The translations under genes were made by a program, and so were the position numbers. Of a stretch of DNA of 42,117 bases, positions 26,855 to 36,331 are shown one piece after another. The stretch comes from a virus (Duplodnaviria > Caudoviricetes): the IMG/VR virus record IMGVR_UViG_3300005805_000163, positions 1-42,117 of that record; one strand, 5' to 3'. The notes beneath the pieces are model-generated. The model was not told where the DNA came from. It saw nothing but the letters and a program-made list of their open reading frames with translations, and searched no databases. The stretch's first letter is position 1; each line of letters begins with the position of its first letter.

Positions 26855-29569
26855 TTAGCCGAAGCTAAACAAATCATCAAACGTGCTGTTTGTATTTGTA
26901 TTGTCACGCAAATCCCAATTTAGAACTCCCAACAAGTTGTCAATCTTTTCATCAACAAGTGTTCGTTCCATTTCTTTGTCATCAAATGGTAATTCACAGA
27001 ACCATTTTGGTAAACGGAGTTCATCAGTTGGATAAGCTATGCTTGTAAAATTTAATGGATTAGATTTAAGTTTACAAACTATAACCTTCATGCCATCAAC
27101 AATCTTCATAGAATAGTTATCGCTATTTGCACGGCGCAGATAATTATAGTTCAACGCACCGCGCACGTGTCCGGGCATGTTAGCACGACCAACTGGACTG
27201 TTACGCTCTAGTTCTTCATAGTATGTAAGTTTGTTTACAGACTTGGGACTGCCCTTTGTCCAACTATCTTGTGCAGAAAGTATACGTTTAAAGTCTTTGA
27301 TAGCAAGTATAACATCTTCACGTTGTTTACCTTGCTGAATCACCATACTTAAGACACGCATCAAAAACTCTTGAACATATTTAGGAGTATCTGCACGTTT
27401 CAAATCGAGACCCATAGCCTTGATATCACCATATTTACCATCTATGTCTTTTCGTTTACCTTCTTTGTCAAAGATATTGATAGCATAACGCTTTTTAGTA
27501 ATAAAGATACTACGATCACCGATCAGTTCTCGACCCGCCTTAATGATTTCGCCATTTTTACGTGGAGCATGAAATGCACGTTCCATGAATGCAGGAAATG
27601 ACTGATTGGCCTGCTCTGCAATGCCATCATAAACACTAATACAAGTCTCTTTGTTCCATTCTAGATCACCACTATCAATCTGTGGTTTGAGAATAGGATA
27701 TGCACTAAAGTAACAGGAGTCTGTGTCACCGTAAACGATTGCCGGACCCTCATGATTATATTCACCTGTAACAGTTTCATTGATGGTACTCATCATGTGT
27801 CGTACAATCTGTCGGCCCGACAGAGTGACACTCTGGCCAATACGCTTGTCATAGAAACGACAGTGTTCATTCAACAATGCGCCATATGCACTGTTAAGCA
27901 AAATCTTACGAACAAGTTGTCGCTTGTCGTAATATTCAAACATATCAGTGCCATATGATTCTTTAGCCTGTTTTTGAATACTCTTACGTTCTGTGTACCA
28001 ACGTGTGAGCAGTCCTGGAATGACACCTTCAGTTTCGTATGTGAAGATGGTACCATTGGCACTAATCATCCAAGGCTTATGGCTGTCAAACACAAGCTTC
28101 CAAACTTCAGCAGCACTCATCTCCTCACTACGACCATCTTCGTAATCAAGTATAAGCATTGTGCCACGTTCTTGATTCATAATAGCAGTGTATTCCAAAC
28201 TACCAAACAAGCCTTCCCAAAGAATGCTACCTGTTACTTCGTCGTCATCGTCTTTGCTTCGTTTTTTCTCGCTAGCCAACCGTCTCCCTTTGTCATGCAT
28301 GTATTGCTCTGTAAGGGATTGTCTGACTTGAGCGACGATTGTTTCTGGAGCCATGTTGAGGGCTCTAATAGCCGAGGGATAGAGCGAGTTGATATCCACT
28401 GCGCCGACCCATTCGTGTATTCCCCTTTTGGGCGTAGCAACATAGGCACCTGCCGCTTGTTGTTGGTCATCATTTACTTCCTTTCGTTTTTTATCGGGTA
28501 CTACCATACCACGCTCATGTGCCTCGTTCATGATTGCCATTTCAATCATTGCAACGGACCCCATGACAGTTGGCAATAGCACAGTATTTTCATGTGCTAG
28601 TGCATTAGCCAAATCTAAAAACTTAAGCTTATTGTGAATCTTAACCATCAGCATAGTATCTTGACGGTTATACTGAATAAATGTTTTGAAGTCTTTATTA
28701 TATAACTGGTCAAGTGTGCCTTCGTACTGTGTCTTTCGTTCACCTACTTCCATCTCACCAATGGCGTCTAGTGAATAGCTATGACGACTTTCATAGTTGT
28801 ACTTCTTGTACAATTGCAAGTAGTCCATATGAACACGACCAACTAGGTCATACGTAGTTTCTTCTTTACCGAAACGTTCATATGTTCGTGGCTTAGGAAG
28901 TTGTCCCATCAAACAAAACTTACGGGTATCATCTTTGCTCATGATACGTGTGGCACGATTGACCATATATGGAATATCGTACCCTTCTGAGTTCCAACCA
29001 GTTAATACGTCTGCATCCTCAATGAGTTGAAAGAATGTTTCAAACATTTCAATCTCACTTCGAAACATTAGACAATTTTCAAACTGGCTACAAATCTCGT
29101 TAGCAGTTTCATCACTCATGTGAGTAGGTGGAACAACCAACGTGACTAGTTGATCTAGCCAATCCAAGTATAGACTAATGGCAGTGACTTTGTTGAAAGG
29201 GTCGCTGGTAGGACTGAAACCTCGTTCAGGATCAAAGTCAACTTCAATGTCAAAGAATGCTGTATGCAGTTTGGGAGGTTCTACTCCTAGATAGTTTTCA
29301 CTCAAGCAGCGAAATACGATGTTGATATCACTTTCAAACAATTTCTTGTTTGCGTGTATTCTTTTTTCTTTTTCAAATTCTGCACGTTTTCTAGTATTGA
29401 ATTTGCTGACAGGATCACCATATATACTACGTTGCTTACCCTTTGGGTCGCTATAGTAAAAAGTATAGTTACAAGGATACTCCTTGTATGTACGTTTACC
29501 CGACGTTGTTCTTTCTACAACGTATATACGGTCTCCGTCGCGGTCGTGAATGGCGTCAATATAACTCAT
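26855..29569 (-). CDS. family B DNA polymerase (gp43-like)
   Basis: Exo motifs FDIE, GWNSEGYDIPY, YNRQD; Pol motifs DINSLYPS, KILLNSAYG, YGDTDS, KKRY. Confidence 0.97.
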   Translation of the reverse strand: MSYIDAIHDRDGDRIYVVERTTSGKRTYKEYPCNYTFYYSDPKGKQRSIYGDPVSKFNTRKRAEFEKEKRIHANKKLFESDINIVFRCLSENYLGVEPPKLHTAFFDIEVDFDPERGFSPTSDPFNKVTAISLYLDWLDQLVTLVVPPTHMSDETANEICSQFENCLMFRSEIEMFETFFQLIEDADVLTGWNSEGYDIPYMVNRATRIMSKDDTRKFCLMGQLPKPRTYERFGKEETTYDLVGRVHMDYLQLYKKYNYESRHSYSLDAIGEMEVGERKTQYEGTLDQLYNKDFKTFIQYNRQDTMLMVKIHNKLKFLDLANALAHENTVLLPTVMGSVAMIEMAIMNEAHERGMVVPDKKRKEVNDDQQQAAGAYVATPKRGIHEWVGAVDINSLYPSAIRALNMAPETIVAQVRQSLTEQYMHDKGRRLASEKKRSKDDDDEVTGSILWEGLFGSLEYTAIMNQERGTMLILDYEDGRSEEMSAAEVWKLVFDSHKPWMISANGTIFTYETEGVIPGLLTRWYTERKSIQKQAKESYGTDMFEYYDKRQLVRKILLNSAYGALLNEHCRFYDKRIGQSVTLSGRQIVRHMMSTINETVTGEYNHEGPAIVYGDTDSCYFSAYPILKPQIDSGDLEWNKETCISVYDGIAEQANQSFPAFMERAFHAPRKNGEIIKAGRELIGDRSIFITKKRYAINIFDKEGKRKDIDGKYGDIKAMGLDLKRADTPKYVQEFLMRVLSMVIQQGKQREDVILAIKDFKRILSAQDSWTKGSPKSVNKLTYYEELERNSPVGRANMPGHVRGALNYNYLRRANSDNYSMKIVDGMKVIVCKLKSNPLNFTSIAYPTDELRLPKWFCELPFDDKEMERTLVDEKIDNLLGVLNWDLRDNTNTNSTFDDLFSFG

Positions 29570-30351
29570 GTAAGATAATTATACTCTTTCAATACGTAAA
29601 AGTCATCCCAATTGGATATGTTCGTTAATACTCTGTCATACCCTTTTGAAGTCATCAATTCATAGATGTTTTGTCTGTTAACTTCCTTTTCATTATGTTC
29701 AACTGAAAAGAACTTAACCTTGTACTTATTAAAATCGAATGCACGTAATATTTCTATTTCATTGCCTTCGGTATCCAAAGATATGTAATCAACATCACCA
29801 GGGGCATTGTATTTTTCTAATAGGCTTGTGAGAGTGATACCCGGTAATTCGTATTGTTTAAGTATATCGAATCCAGTGGGTTCATCATCGGGATTTAGAT
29901 ATTCTACGGCTACACTAGCATCACCTCTATGACGCTCATTAAATAGTACAGGTTCGTTGGCTCTCCATACCAAACCATGATCAATATTGCAATTTCTGTT
30001 TTTAGATAATGCACTATGCCATTGTTTAGCAGGCTCTGCTAAAATGCCCGTCCATCCAAAATCTTTTTCTAGTAGATAGGTATTACTGATATCATAGCCG
30101 TCAGTAGCACCAAACTCCACAAAATACCCATTATGTTTCCAACCCAAAAACATTTGCACAATTAAATCTTGATATAACTGTGCATGGGATTTGTGATAAT
30201 ATTGATTTAGTTTGTCTCTATGTTTAGTAGATTCTTCGTATGATTCAACGAATATCTTAAACAGAACCGAAATGTTTTCAGGTCTACTAATTTTTAATGG
30301 GTTGTATGTAGAGACCTCGGCCCAATATTCTTCAATTGGACGAGCGTTCAT
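29566..30351 (-). CDS. FkbM-family methyltransferase
   Basis: FVEFGATDG, GWTGILAEP, DYISLDTEGNE, VEHN. Confidence 0.85.
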   Translation of the reverse strand: MNARPIEEYWAEVSTYNPLKISRPENISVLFKIFVESYEESTKHRDKLNQYYHKSHAQLYQDLIVQMFLGWKHNGYFVEFGATDGYDISNTYLLEKDFGWTGILAEPAKQWHSALSKNRNCNIDHGLVWRANEPVLFNERHRGDASVAVEYLNPDDEPTGFDILKQYELPGITLTSLLEKYNAPGDVDYISLDTEGNEIEILRAFDFNKYKVKFFSVEHNEKEVNRQNIYELMTSKGYDRVLTNISNWDDFYVLKEYNYLT

Positions 30352-30611
30352 ACTGTTTTGCCGACAGCCTCTAGAATAGTATTTAAATCTTCATGTTCTT
30401 GATTGGTTTGTGTCAAGCTGGCCTTGTGTGCAATACGAATAGCTTTCTTTAACACACTGGGCTTGACTTCTAGTTCTTCGGCTACTGCCTTAATGGTGTC
30501 AGTGAGTCCACCCTGTAATGTATCAATCTCATGCATGACAGCCATGCCCTCATTGATAAGTTGAGTCAGCTTGATCTTTTGATCGCCGGAAAAGGTTTTT
30601 GGTGCAGTCAT
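30348..30611 (-). CDS. DsbA/GapR-like dsDNA-binding protein
   Basis: 87 aa helical, DTIKAVAEELEVKPSVLKKAIRIAHK; strong promoter and AAGGAG SD. Confidence 0.55.
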   Translation of the reverse strand: MTAPKTFSGDQKIKLTQLINEGMAVMHEIDTLQGGLTDTIKAVAEELEVKPSVLKKAIRIAHKASLTQTNQEHEDLNTILEAVGKTV

Positions 30612-30633
30612 AATTTCTCCTTAAAAGTTTTGT

Positions 30634-30662
30634 ATTATATATCTATCAGAGTTGTTTTTCAA
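30634..30662 (-). promoter_or_regulatory. sigma70-type promoter
   Basis: TTGAAA-17-TATAAT. Confidence 0.7.
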
Positions 30663-31236
30663 CAATTCTTTTTACCGTTTTATGCAATCCTGGATTGACA
30701 TGTAATGCATGCGGCATTAGTTGTTTACGGATGTAGTTTCTGGTATAGCAGACATCATCGTTACTAGTATCATGATACCAATCAACATTCTTACGCTCAC
30801 ACCAATCAATAAATTCACGTTTGGGTGTGGTAAGGAAGGGTCGTAAAATCTTTTTGCGAATGAATGGAATAACTTTGGGCTTGCCATGTAAGGCACTCCA
30901 AATATATGTTTCTACACAATCATCCAAATGATGGCATGTAATAACAGGACCCAATTGGTCTAGAAAGTCGTAGCGTTCTCTACGCCAATATTCTTCCATA
31001 CTTTCATTCTTGCCACGTTCACTTCTGCACGTGCCAAAAAGCATTGGTAAGTTGCGATCAGTGCAGAATTTAGCAACGAACTCCATTGCACGTTCACCGT
31101 TATCAGTTTTGTGGTGAAAGTAAGCACAGGTTACATCATGTTTTTTGGATAAGAAATCAACGACGGCAACACTGTCTACACCACCACTAAATGCGACGGT
31201 AACGTTTTTTGGCAATGGAAAGAGTAGTTTAATCAT
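30646..31236 (-). CDS. tilS: tRNA(Ile)-lysidine synthetase-like PP-loop ATPase (N-terminal domain only)
   Basis: SGGVDS, R..RY.F, HHLDDCVET, RPFL, DTSN, YTRNYIR. Confidence 0.8.
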   Translation of the reverse strand: MIKLLFPLPKNVTVAFSGGVDSVAVVDFLSKKHDVTCAYFHHKTDNGERAMEFVAKFCTDRNLPMLFGTCRSERGKNESMEEYWRRERYDFLDQLGPVITCHHLDDCVETYIWSALHGKPKVIPFIRKKILRPFLTTPKREFIDWCERKNVDWYHDTSNDDVCYTRNYIRKQLMPHALHVNPGLHKTVKRIVEKQL

Positions 31237-31267
31237 AAAAATATCTTATCATAAGACAAGATATTTT
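31237..31267 (-). terminator. AT-rich hairpin abutting the tilS start codon
   Basis: AAAATATCTTGTC-TTAT-GATAAGATATTTT-T-ATG. Confidence 0.45.
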
Positions 31268-31280
31268 CCTATCTATTCGG

Positions 31281-32432
31281 TCAAAAATTGGGTATAGGGA
31301 ACATAAAATTAACAAAATGACTCACAGTTTTAAAGTGTACTGGATTATCAGATTGTGGTAGATTCAAAATATGTTGAATTTTTTTAAATTCTTTATCGTA
31401 CATATCCAAAACTAATTGATAGTTATATTCTACATCACATTCTATTTCTGTTCGGTACTTATCTTTTACTTGAGGAAAGCTTTTGATATTTTCAACTGTG
31501 TAGCTGATTCTCTCATGTAAATTTGGTATATCGTTATAATTTGGATGTGGTAGGTACTCTGTAAACGATCTAAAGCCTAATTTTTCAATTCTTTTGATCA
31601 TGCCTGGATACCAACATACTATGAATGGGTGTTTATTAGTAATAGCTCTATATGTTTTTTCTGTTAACTTTGGTAGCCAATTTATGTTACCATCTTTTCC
31701 TGGTTCAGTTGCAGTTTGCCCCCAAGCAAAATCTGATTCCGTAATAATAGAAAAGGAAGTATCTTCGTATAATTTTACATTGTAGGGATATCCATGACTT
31801 TCGAAACTTGGTTTACCTGAATAGTCTAAATCTAATACACTGGTACACTCTTTTTTAAATCTTTCAAAAGTGCCATCATCATACTTAAGAAATTCATCTT
31901 TAATTTGTTGTTCTTCGCTTGATAAGATTTGACAGGAATATTTTATAGATCCTAATAATTTTTTGTTCCACAATTTAGCAATAAGGTGAATTCTATGTGG
32001 CCTTGCCAACTTGCCGGGTATAAACAATCCTAATTGGCTATCAGAATTCCATTTTTTATTTGCTTTTTGTGTTTTAGATTTAACTATATGATAATAGGTG
32101 GACAGTGCAAGAAAATTAGAATATGTGATATCTTCTTTTTGCGGAACTTTACTTAAATGAACGAAATCACCATCTAATATAAAGGCACCCAACATATTAT
32201 GTTGTTTCAACAATATTCTTAATCTGTCGATAACAGCAACCAACTCTTCCCCGTATACTCGACCTTCCATCACATCCATTAAAACTAAAAATGGTGTGAG
32301 GTCTGATTGCTCACTGTATTTGTTTTTAATTTCTATCAATTCTTCAGCGAATTGATCAGTCTCTTTAATAAAAGATCCGTAACTTTGTGTAAAGTACGGA
32401 TGCATATTTATTAGATTAAAATCATATAGCAT
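31281..32432 (-). CDS. glycosyltransferase-like protein of the phage TEKT family
   Basis: GK..RPHR, YEDTSFSIITES, LTEKTYRAI..HPFI, GFRSF. Confidence 0.5.
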   Translation of the reverse strand: MLYDFNLINMHPYFTQSYGSFIKETDQFAEELIEIKNKYSEQSDLTPFLVLMDVMEGRVYGEELVAVIDRLRILLKQHNMLGAFILDGDFVHLSKVPQKEDITYSNFLALSTYYHIVKSKTQKANKKWNSDSQLGLFIPGKLARPHRIHLIAKLWNKKLLGSIKYSCQILSSEEQQIKDEFLKYDDGTFERFKKECTSVLDLDYSGKPSFESHGYPYNVKLYEDTSFSIITESDFAWGQTATEPGKDGNINWLPKLTEKTYRAITNKHPFIVCWYPGMIKRIEKLGFRSFTEYLPHPNYNDIPNLHERISYTVENIKSFPQVKDKYRTEIECDVEYNYQLVLDMYDKEFKKIQHILNLPQSDNPVHFKTVSHFVNFMFPIPNF

Positions 32433-33007
32433 TATTGGAATATATGTCTGTTTTTTTCACCGTAGATTTTTATGTACTTTCCTGCAAGCATGTCTGCCAT
32501 AGCCTCAATAGGACTTCCAGGATAACTACTACCAGGTTCTATCATATTTAGTTCGCCTTGTCGCACGTGAACTAATTCATGAAAAACAGTACGTAATATG
32601 TCTACAAGATTTCTATTCTTTGCATATACCCAAACTTTATTTTCACCTTCGGTATGACTTCCAGTATGATGACCTTGTTGCGCTTCTTCGGTATCCATAC
32701 TCAGTTCGATGACTGGCTTTGTCTTTAGATGTAGTTTTTCACTAGCCCAATCTGCAAATTTATCTACTTCTTTTTGAATATCACATTCTACATCAGCCTC
32801 ATCAAGCTTATTTTTTATCCAACTATCAGGGGTACTATGGTATTTTTTGACAAACAAATCGTGAAGAATTCGTCCGGTGATTCTGTGTTTTTTGGCTACT
32901 TTTTGCATTAACTTGTCTATAGTATTATAGTCATGTTTTTCAAGGCTGGGAAGTCTCTTGGCTAATTCACTGGCCGCAGTTTCGTTTATGATAGTTTGTA
33001 GTTTCAT
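32432..33007 (-). CDS. zincin-like metallopeptidase domain protein, probable virion component
   Basis: TVFHELVHVRQ plus downstream E..A; N-terminus MKLQTIINE; ATAAATA 7 nt upstream. Confidence 0.65.
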   Translation of the reverse strand: MKLQTIINETAASELAKRLPSLEKHDYNTIDKLMQKVAKKHRITGRILHDLFVKKYHSTPDSWIKNKLDEADVECDIQKEVDKFADWASEKLHLKTKPVIELSMDTEEAQQGHHTGSHTEGENKVWVYAKNRNLVDILRTVFHELVHVRQGELNMIEPGSSYPGSPIEAMADMLAGKYIKIYGEKNRHIFQ

Positions 33008-34149
33008 GATATAGTATTTATTTCCATAAACATATTACCAATTGCAATGTTTTCGATTATTCTGTCTATTGTGTTTTGATGCCAGTCATCCTTTAAAAAT
33101 TCATTTAATATAGATAGGTCATCAAGATAGTGTTTCTTTAGTAGTTTATAATTGTGTGTACAATCCTCTTGAACACGCTTTTGATTTTGCTGTAAATTTC
33201 TTGCAAAAAATTCTATATTTTTTGCGGTCTGCTCGATTCTTTTACGTGGATTCATGTCATTGTAATTAGGAAATGTTGTGTATTCCCTAAAGGTTTTGTA
33301 TCCCCATTTTTCTAGTTTAGCTAGTGTACCTTTATTACCCGAGATAATGAAAGGATGAAAGTTCATGATTGCCTTCCATGTTTTTTCACTAATAGTAGTT
33401 GGACCGTCTTCTGACACTGTGTAATGTAGTATATCTGATTCGGCTATAATACTAAAAATAGTGTTTTGGTATAATGAGACATCGTATGGGAATCCGCAAC
33501 CAAAATGACCAATTTTGTCAAAGTTAATTATATCTAAATTTTTAGGTAATACACTTGTGAATTTTTTCCATTTGACTTCATCATAGCCAGAGAACCATTT
33601 TTCTTTAAAAGACTTTAACTGGTCTAGCTCGTCATATGAATACTGACAAGACCAAATAATATGATTTAGTAGATTTAATTCGTATAACTTCTTAAATAGA
33701 ACTAATCTGTTATACCTGTGTATACGACCAGGAAGAAATAGTCCCAAATTTTTGTCAAAATTTACTTGTTTATTACGTGGTTGCCTATTGCAATACTGTA
33801 GTGCAAGCATTCTCCAAAGACTAACGAATATAATGTCATCAGACGATTGGATCAATGACTCATCCAAAAAGGTTGAATCTAGTATGAATTTTGCTCTAAC
33901 GCCATTTGCAGCAATAACGTCTTTAATCTTATTAAGTCTGTCCGTAGCTACTTGATCGTAAACATTAGGGCTTTGGTCAATACATAAAACTATAGCATCT
34001 GTACACCCCGAGTGTAATTCAGTAAACGGTATTTTTTTGAAATGTTCAATATTAGATACTAAATTATCCATCACATATGTGTCATCTGATCTTAAGGCAT
34101 CAGTAATAGAAATAATGTGATAAACAATGCTCATACAATAATCAAGCAA
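33004..34149 (-). CDS. glycosyltransferase-like protein of the phage TEKT family
   Basis: GLFLPGR..R.NR, YQNTIFSIIAES, ISEKTWKAI..HPFI, GYKTF; start uncertain (ATG 34134 alternative). Confidence 0.5.
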   Translation of the reverse strand: MLDYCMSIVYHIISITDALRSDDTYVMDNLVSNIEHFKKIPFTELHSGCTDAIVLCIDQSPNVYDQVATDRLNKIKDVIAANGVRAKFILDSTFLDESLIQSSDDIIFVSLWRMLALQYCNRQPRNKQVNFDKNLGLFLPGRIHRYNRLVLFKKLYELNLLNHIIWSCQYSYDELDQLKSFKEKWFSGYDEVKWKKFTSVLPKNLDIINFDKIGHFGCGFPYDVSLYQNTIFSIIAESDILHYTVSEDGPTTISEKTWKAIMNFHPFIISGNKGTLAKLEKWGYKTFREYTTFPNYNDMNPRKRIEQTAKNIEFFARNLQQNQKRVQEDCTHNYKLLKKHYLDDLSILNEFLKDDWHQNTIDRIIENIAIGNMFMEINTIS

Positions 34150-35230
34150 ATTGAATTTGCTGGCTTCTTGATATCTGTACAGGACTAACTCTTTTTTGGC
34201 AGTTTTTAGTACAAATACTTAAAACATTTTCTGTAACCACATTATCTAATATCCAAGAAAAATTTACAATGTCTTTAACTGTTTTACCTTCGGTTACAAA
34301 TAAATCATTATACAAGAATCCATTATTGGATAATTTCGATGTAAAATCGTCATATCCCCAATGGTTTTTATAATTGTATCCTAAATTACCTATATAGCAA
34401 CAAGGAGCCACAAACCAATCTGCCCCTACGAATATAGATTTCTCTCTATAGCTCATACAGTCAAATTTATTAGCTAATGGTATACACGTGTGGTTTTGTT
34501 TGGCCTTATATACTCCCGCATCAATTTCTTTCTCCATTTGAACTATTTTTGATATTGAATACGGAGTCCTCTGAGTATTGTACATATTTAATGACTTTGC
34601 CTGTGACACATAATATAATGGTATTCCGTCATTAGAAACTAAACTAGTTCCCCTATATGAATATCTAGGATAAAAATTCGAAAAGCCTAATTTAATAGCC
34701 ATTTCTCTGCATAAAGATAATTGATGTTCGTTATGTTCAAAAACTGTCATAGCCCATTCAGCATCACCGCCTTCCTCGATAAATGCCTGTGCGTTTCTTA
34801 GTATAGTGTTAAAATCTGTATTTCTTCTATATAATGCATGTGTATCTTCTAGCCCGTCTATAGCAAAAGTAATCTTTAATTTTGGTATACGTGCCAATTC
34901 TCGCCACCAATTTTCTGTTCTGGCGGAACCATTGGTGTTTATGTGAAAAGATGCATCACTACTAGCTTCGTAAAAATAATTGATAATTTCTAGTGCATTT
35001 ATATTAGTGATAAAATCACCATAATTACCATTAAAAAGATATGATGATATGTTTGTTAAATCGGATTTAGGTAGATATTTTTCTACTTGATCCATGGTCC
35101 ACTGCTTCTTTTCAGATAGTATAGGATTAACAAAATTACTTGAAGTTGGATGCCTGCCACATTGTGGGCAGGCTGCGTTGCATAAAGAACTTATTTCAAG
35201 GTCTAGCCTTCGTACATCTTCCCATTTCAT
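34142..35230 (-). CDS. radical SAM protein with C-terminal twitch/SPASM-like cysteines
   Basis: CNAACPQC, GNYGD, NTNGS, FAIDG, PCCY, C...C. Confidence 0.85.
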   Translation of the reverse strand: MKWEDVRRLDLEISSLCNAACPQCGRHPTSSNFVNPILSEKKQWTMDQVEKYLPKSDLTNISSYLFNGNYGDFITNINALEIINYFYEASSDASFHINTNGSARTENWWRELARIPKLKITFAIDGLEDTHALYRRNTDFNTILRNAQAFIEEGGDAEWAMTVFEHNEHQLSLCREMAIKLGFSNFYPRYSYRGTSLVSNDGIPLYYVSQAKSLNMYNTQRTPYSISKIVQMEKEIDAGVYKAKQNHTCIPLANKFDCMSYREKSIFVGADWFVAPCCYIGNLGYNYKNHWGYDDFTSKLSNNGFLYNDLFVTEGKTVKDIVNFSWILDNVVTENVLSICTKNCQKRVSPVQISRSQQIQFA

Positions 35231-35233
35231 AGA

Positions 35234-35674
35234 TTAACACCAACTAGTTTTAGCTTCTCCGTAATACTCTCTAGCGAAACCATTGGCAATTAATTGTTCA
35301 CGTAAACTTTTACCATTTAATAAAATATCCCCTAAAACACGACCGCCAAACTTATCCCATGCATATAGTGTGACTTGAAACTTTTGACTAGCTGCCACAA
35401 GGTCTTTTGTAAATTTGCTTGCTGCCTGTCCTCTAGCATCTTCCTGTGGACATTTAGCTCTAAAACCCTTTTCAGGAGTATCAACACCATATACTCTAAC
35501 TGCCAGTTCAGGCTTTAATGGTTTAGGCAAAAATGGTGCAGATATAACTACCGTATCACCGTCACTAACTCTAAGTATTTGTGCATCATATGTTACACCT
35601 TGGGGTGTTTTTTGTGCATATGCTGAACTAAGAGATAAGCATAGTGCAATAGATAATCCAATTATTGTTTTCAT
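35234..35674 (-). CDS. thermonuclease (SNase-like) with signal peptide
   Basis: Signal ending AYA; DGDT, VRVYGVDTPE, DKFGGRVLG, LIANGFA. Confidence 0.88.
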   Translation of the reverse strand: MKTIIGLSIALCLSLSSAYAQKTPQGVTYDAQILRVSDGDTVVISAPFLPKPLKPELAVRVYGVDTPEKGFRAKCPQEDARGQAASKFTKDLVAASQKFQVTLYAWDKFGGRVLGDILLNGKSLREQLIANGFAREYYGEAKTSWC

Positions 35675-35695
35675 TATTATAATCCTTTGAAATAT

Positions 35696-36331
35696 TTATT
35701 CGTATGTAAAGTTGTTGTTATCACCCAACGCCCATTTGGGATTGGTTTCACAAACATATTTTTTAGTGCAGACTTTAAAGTCAGGAAAGAGCAATTCTTT
35801 GGGGTTGCTAGCAGCATCGAAAAATAAACATCTATTATTGGGTTGCGCTGCATATTGACCATTGTCTAATTCAATGAAGTTGAAAGATTTATGATCTTCT
35901 GGATATTCGCTATAGCTTGTATCAATGATATTTAAGTTTGGGCTAGCATTGTCTACAGTAAACAAATAGTTACCATTATAAAACTTTTTGTCTTTTGCAT
36001 AGAATTTACAACTTAGATTTCTTAGGAATGCTTTTTGAATTATAGCTATATCATAACTAAAACAGTCCCAAATTTGTAATGTGTCTAGCGGTAAAAATTT
36101 TTCTATGTCTAGATTTGTATTTCTGCTTACGTATGCGTGAAGCGGTAGCTTATCGTATAATGCGCCGTAATTAGGTAAATAGCTTTCTATACGAAATGCT
36201 TGACTTCTTAGACTTTTTATTGAAACCCAAATGCAAGGTTCATATTCATTATGTCCTTTTTGAAAATCATACAGAAATTCTTTTCGTACATAACAATGAA
36301 CAGGTGGAAGATTCGCTACTAAAAAACTCAT
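35696..36331 (-). CDS. hypothetical phage protein
   Basis: 211 aa, LQIWDCFSY, GQYAAQPNNR; ATGA-coupled. Confidence 0.8.
   Translation of the reverse strand: MSFLVANLPPVHCYVRKEFLYDFQKGHNEYEPCIWVSIKSLRSQAFRIESYLPNYGALYDKLPLHAYVSRNTNLDIEKFLPLDTLQIWDCFSYDIAIIQKAFLRNLSCKFYAKDKKFYNGNYLFTVDNASPNLNIIDTSYSEYPEDHKSFNFIELDNGQYAAQPNNRCLFFDAASNPKELLFPDFKVCTKKYVCETNPKWALGDNNNFTYE

Noticed and set aside
26855-29569. Possible intein or intron in DNA polymerase (extra sequence between motifs A and B)
   Set aside because: No intein splice-junction or LAGLIDADG motifs seen; the ORF is continuous and of ordinary size
30646-31236. PP-loop protein as the missing QueC
   Set aside because: It has TilS motifs (HHLDD..ET, D.SN, RN.IR) and lacks the QueC C-terminal zinc-binding cysteine cluster
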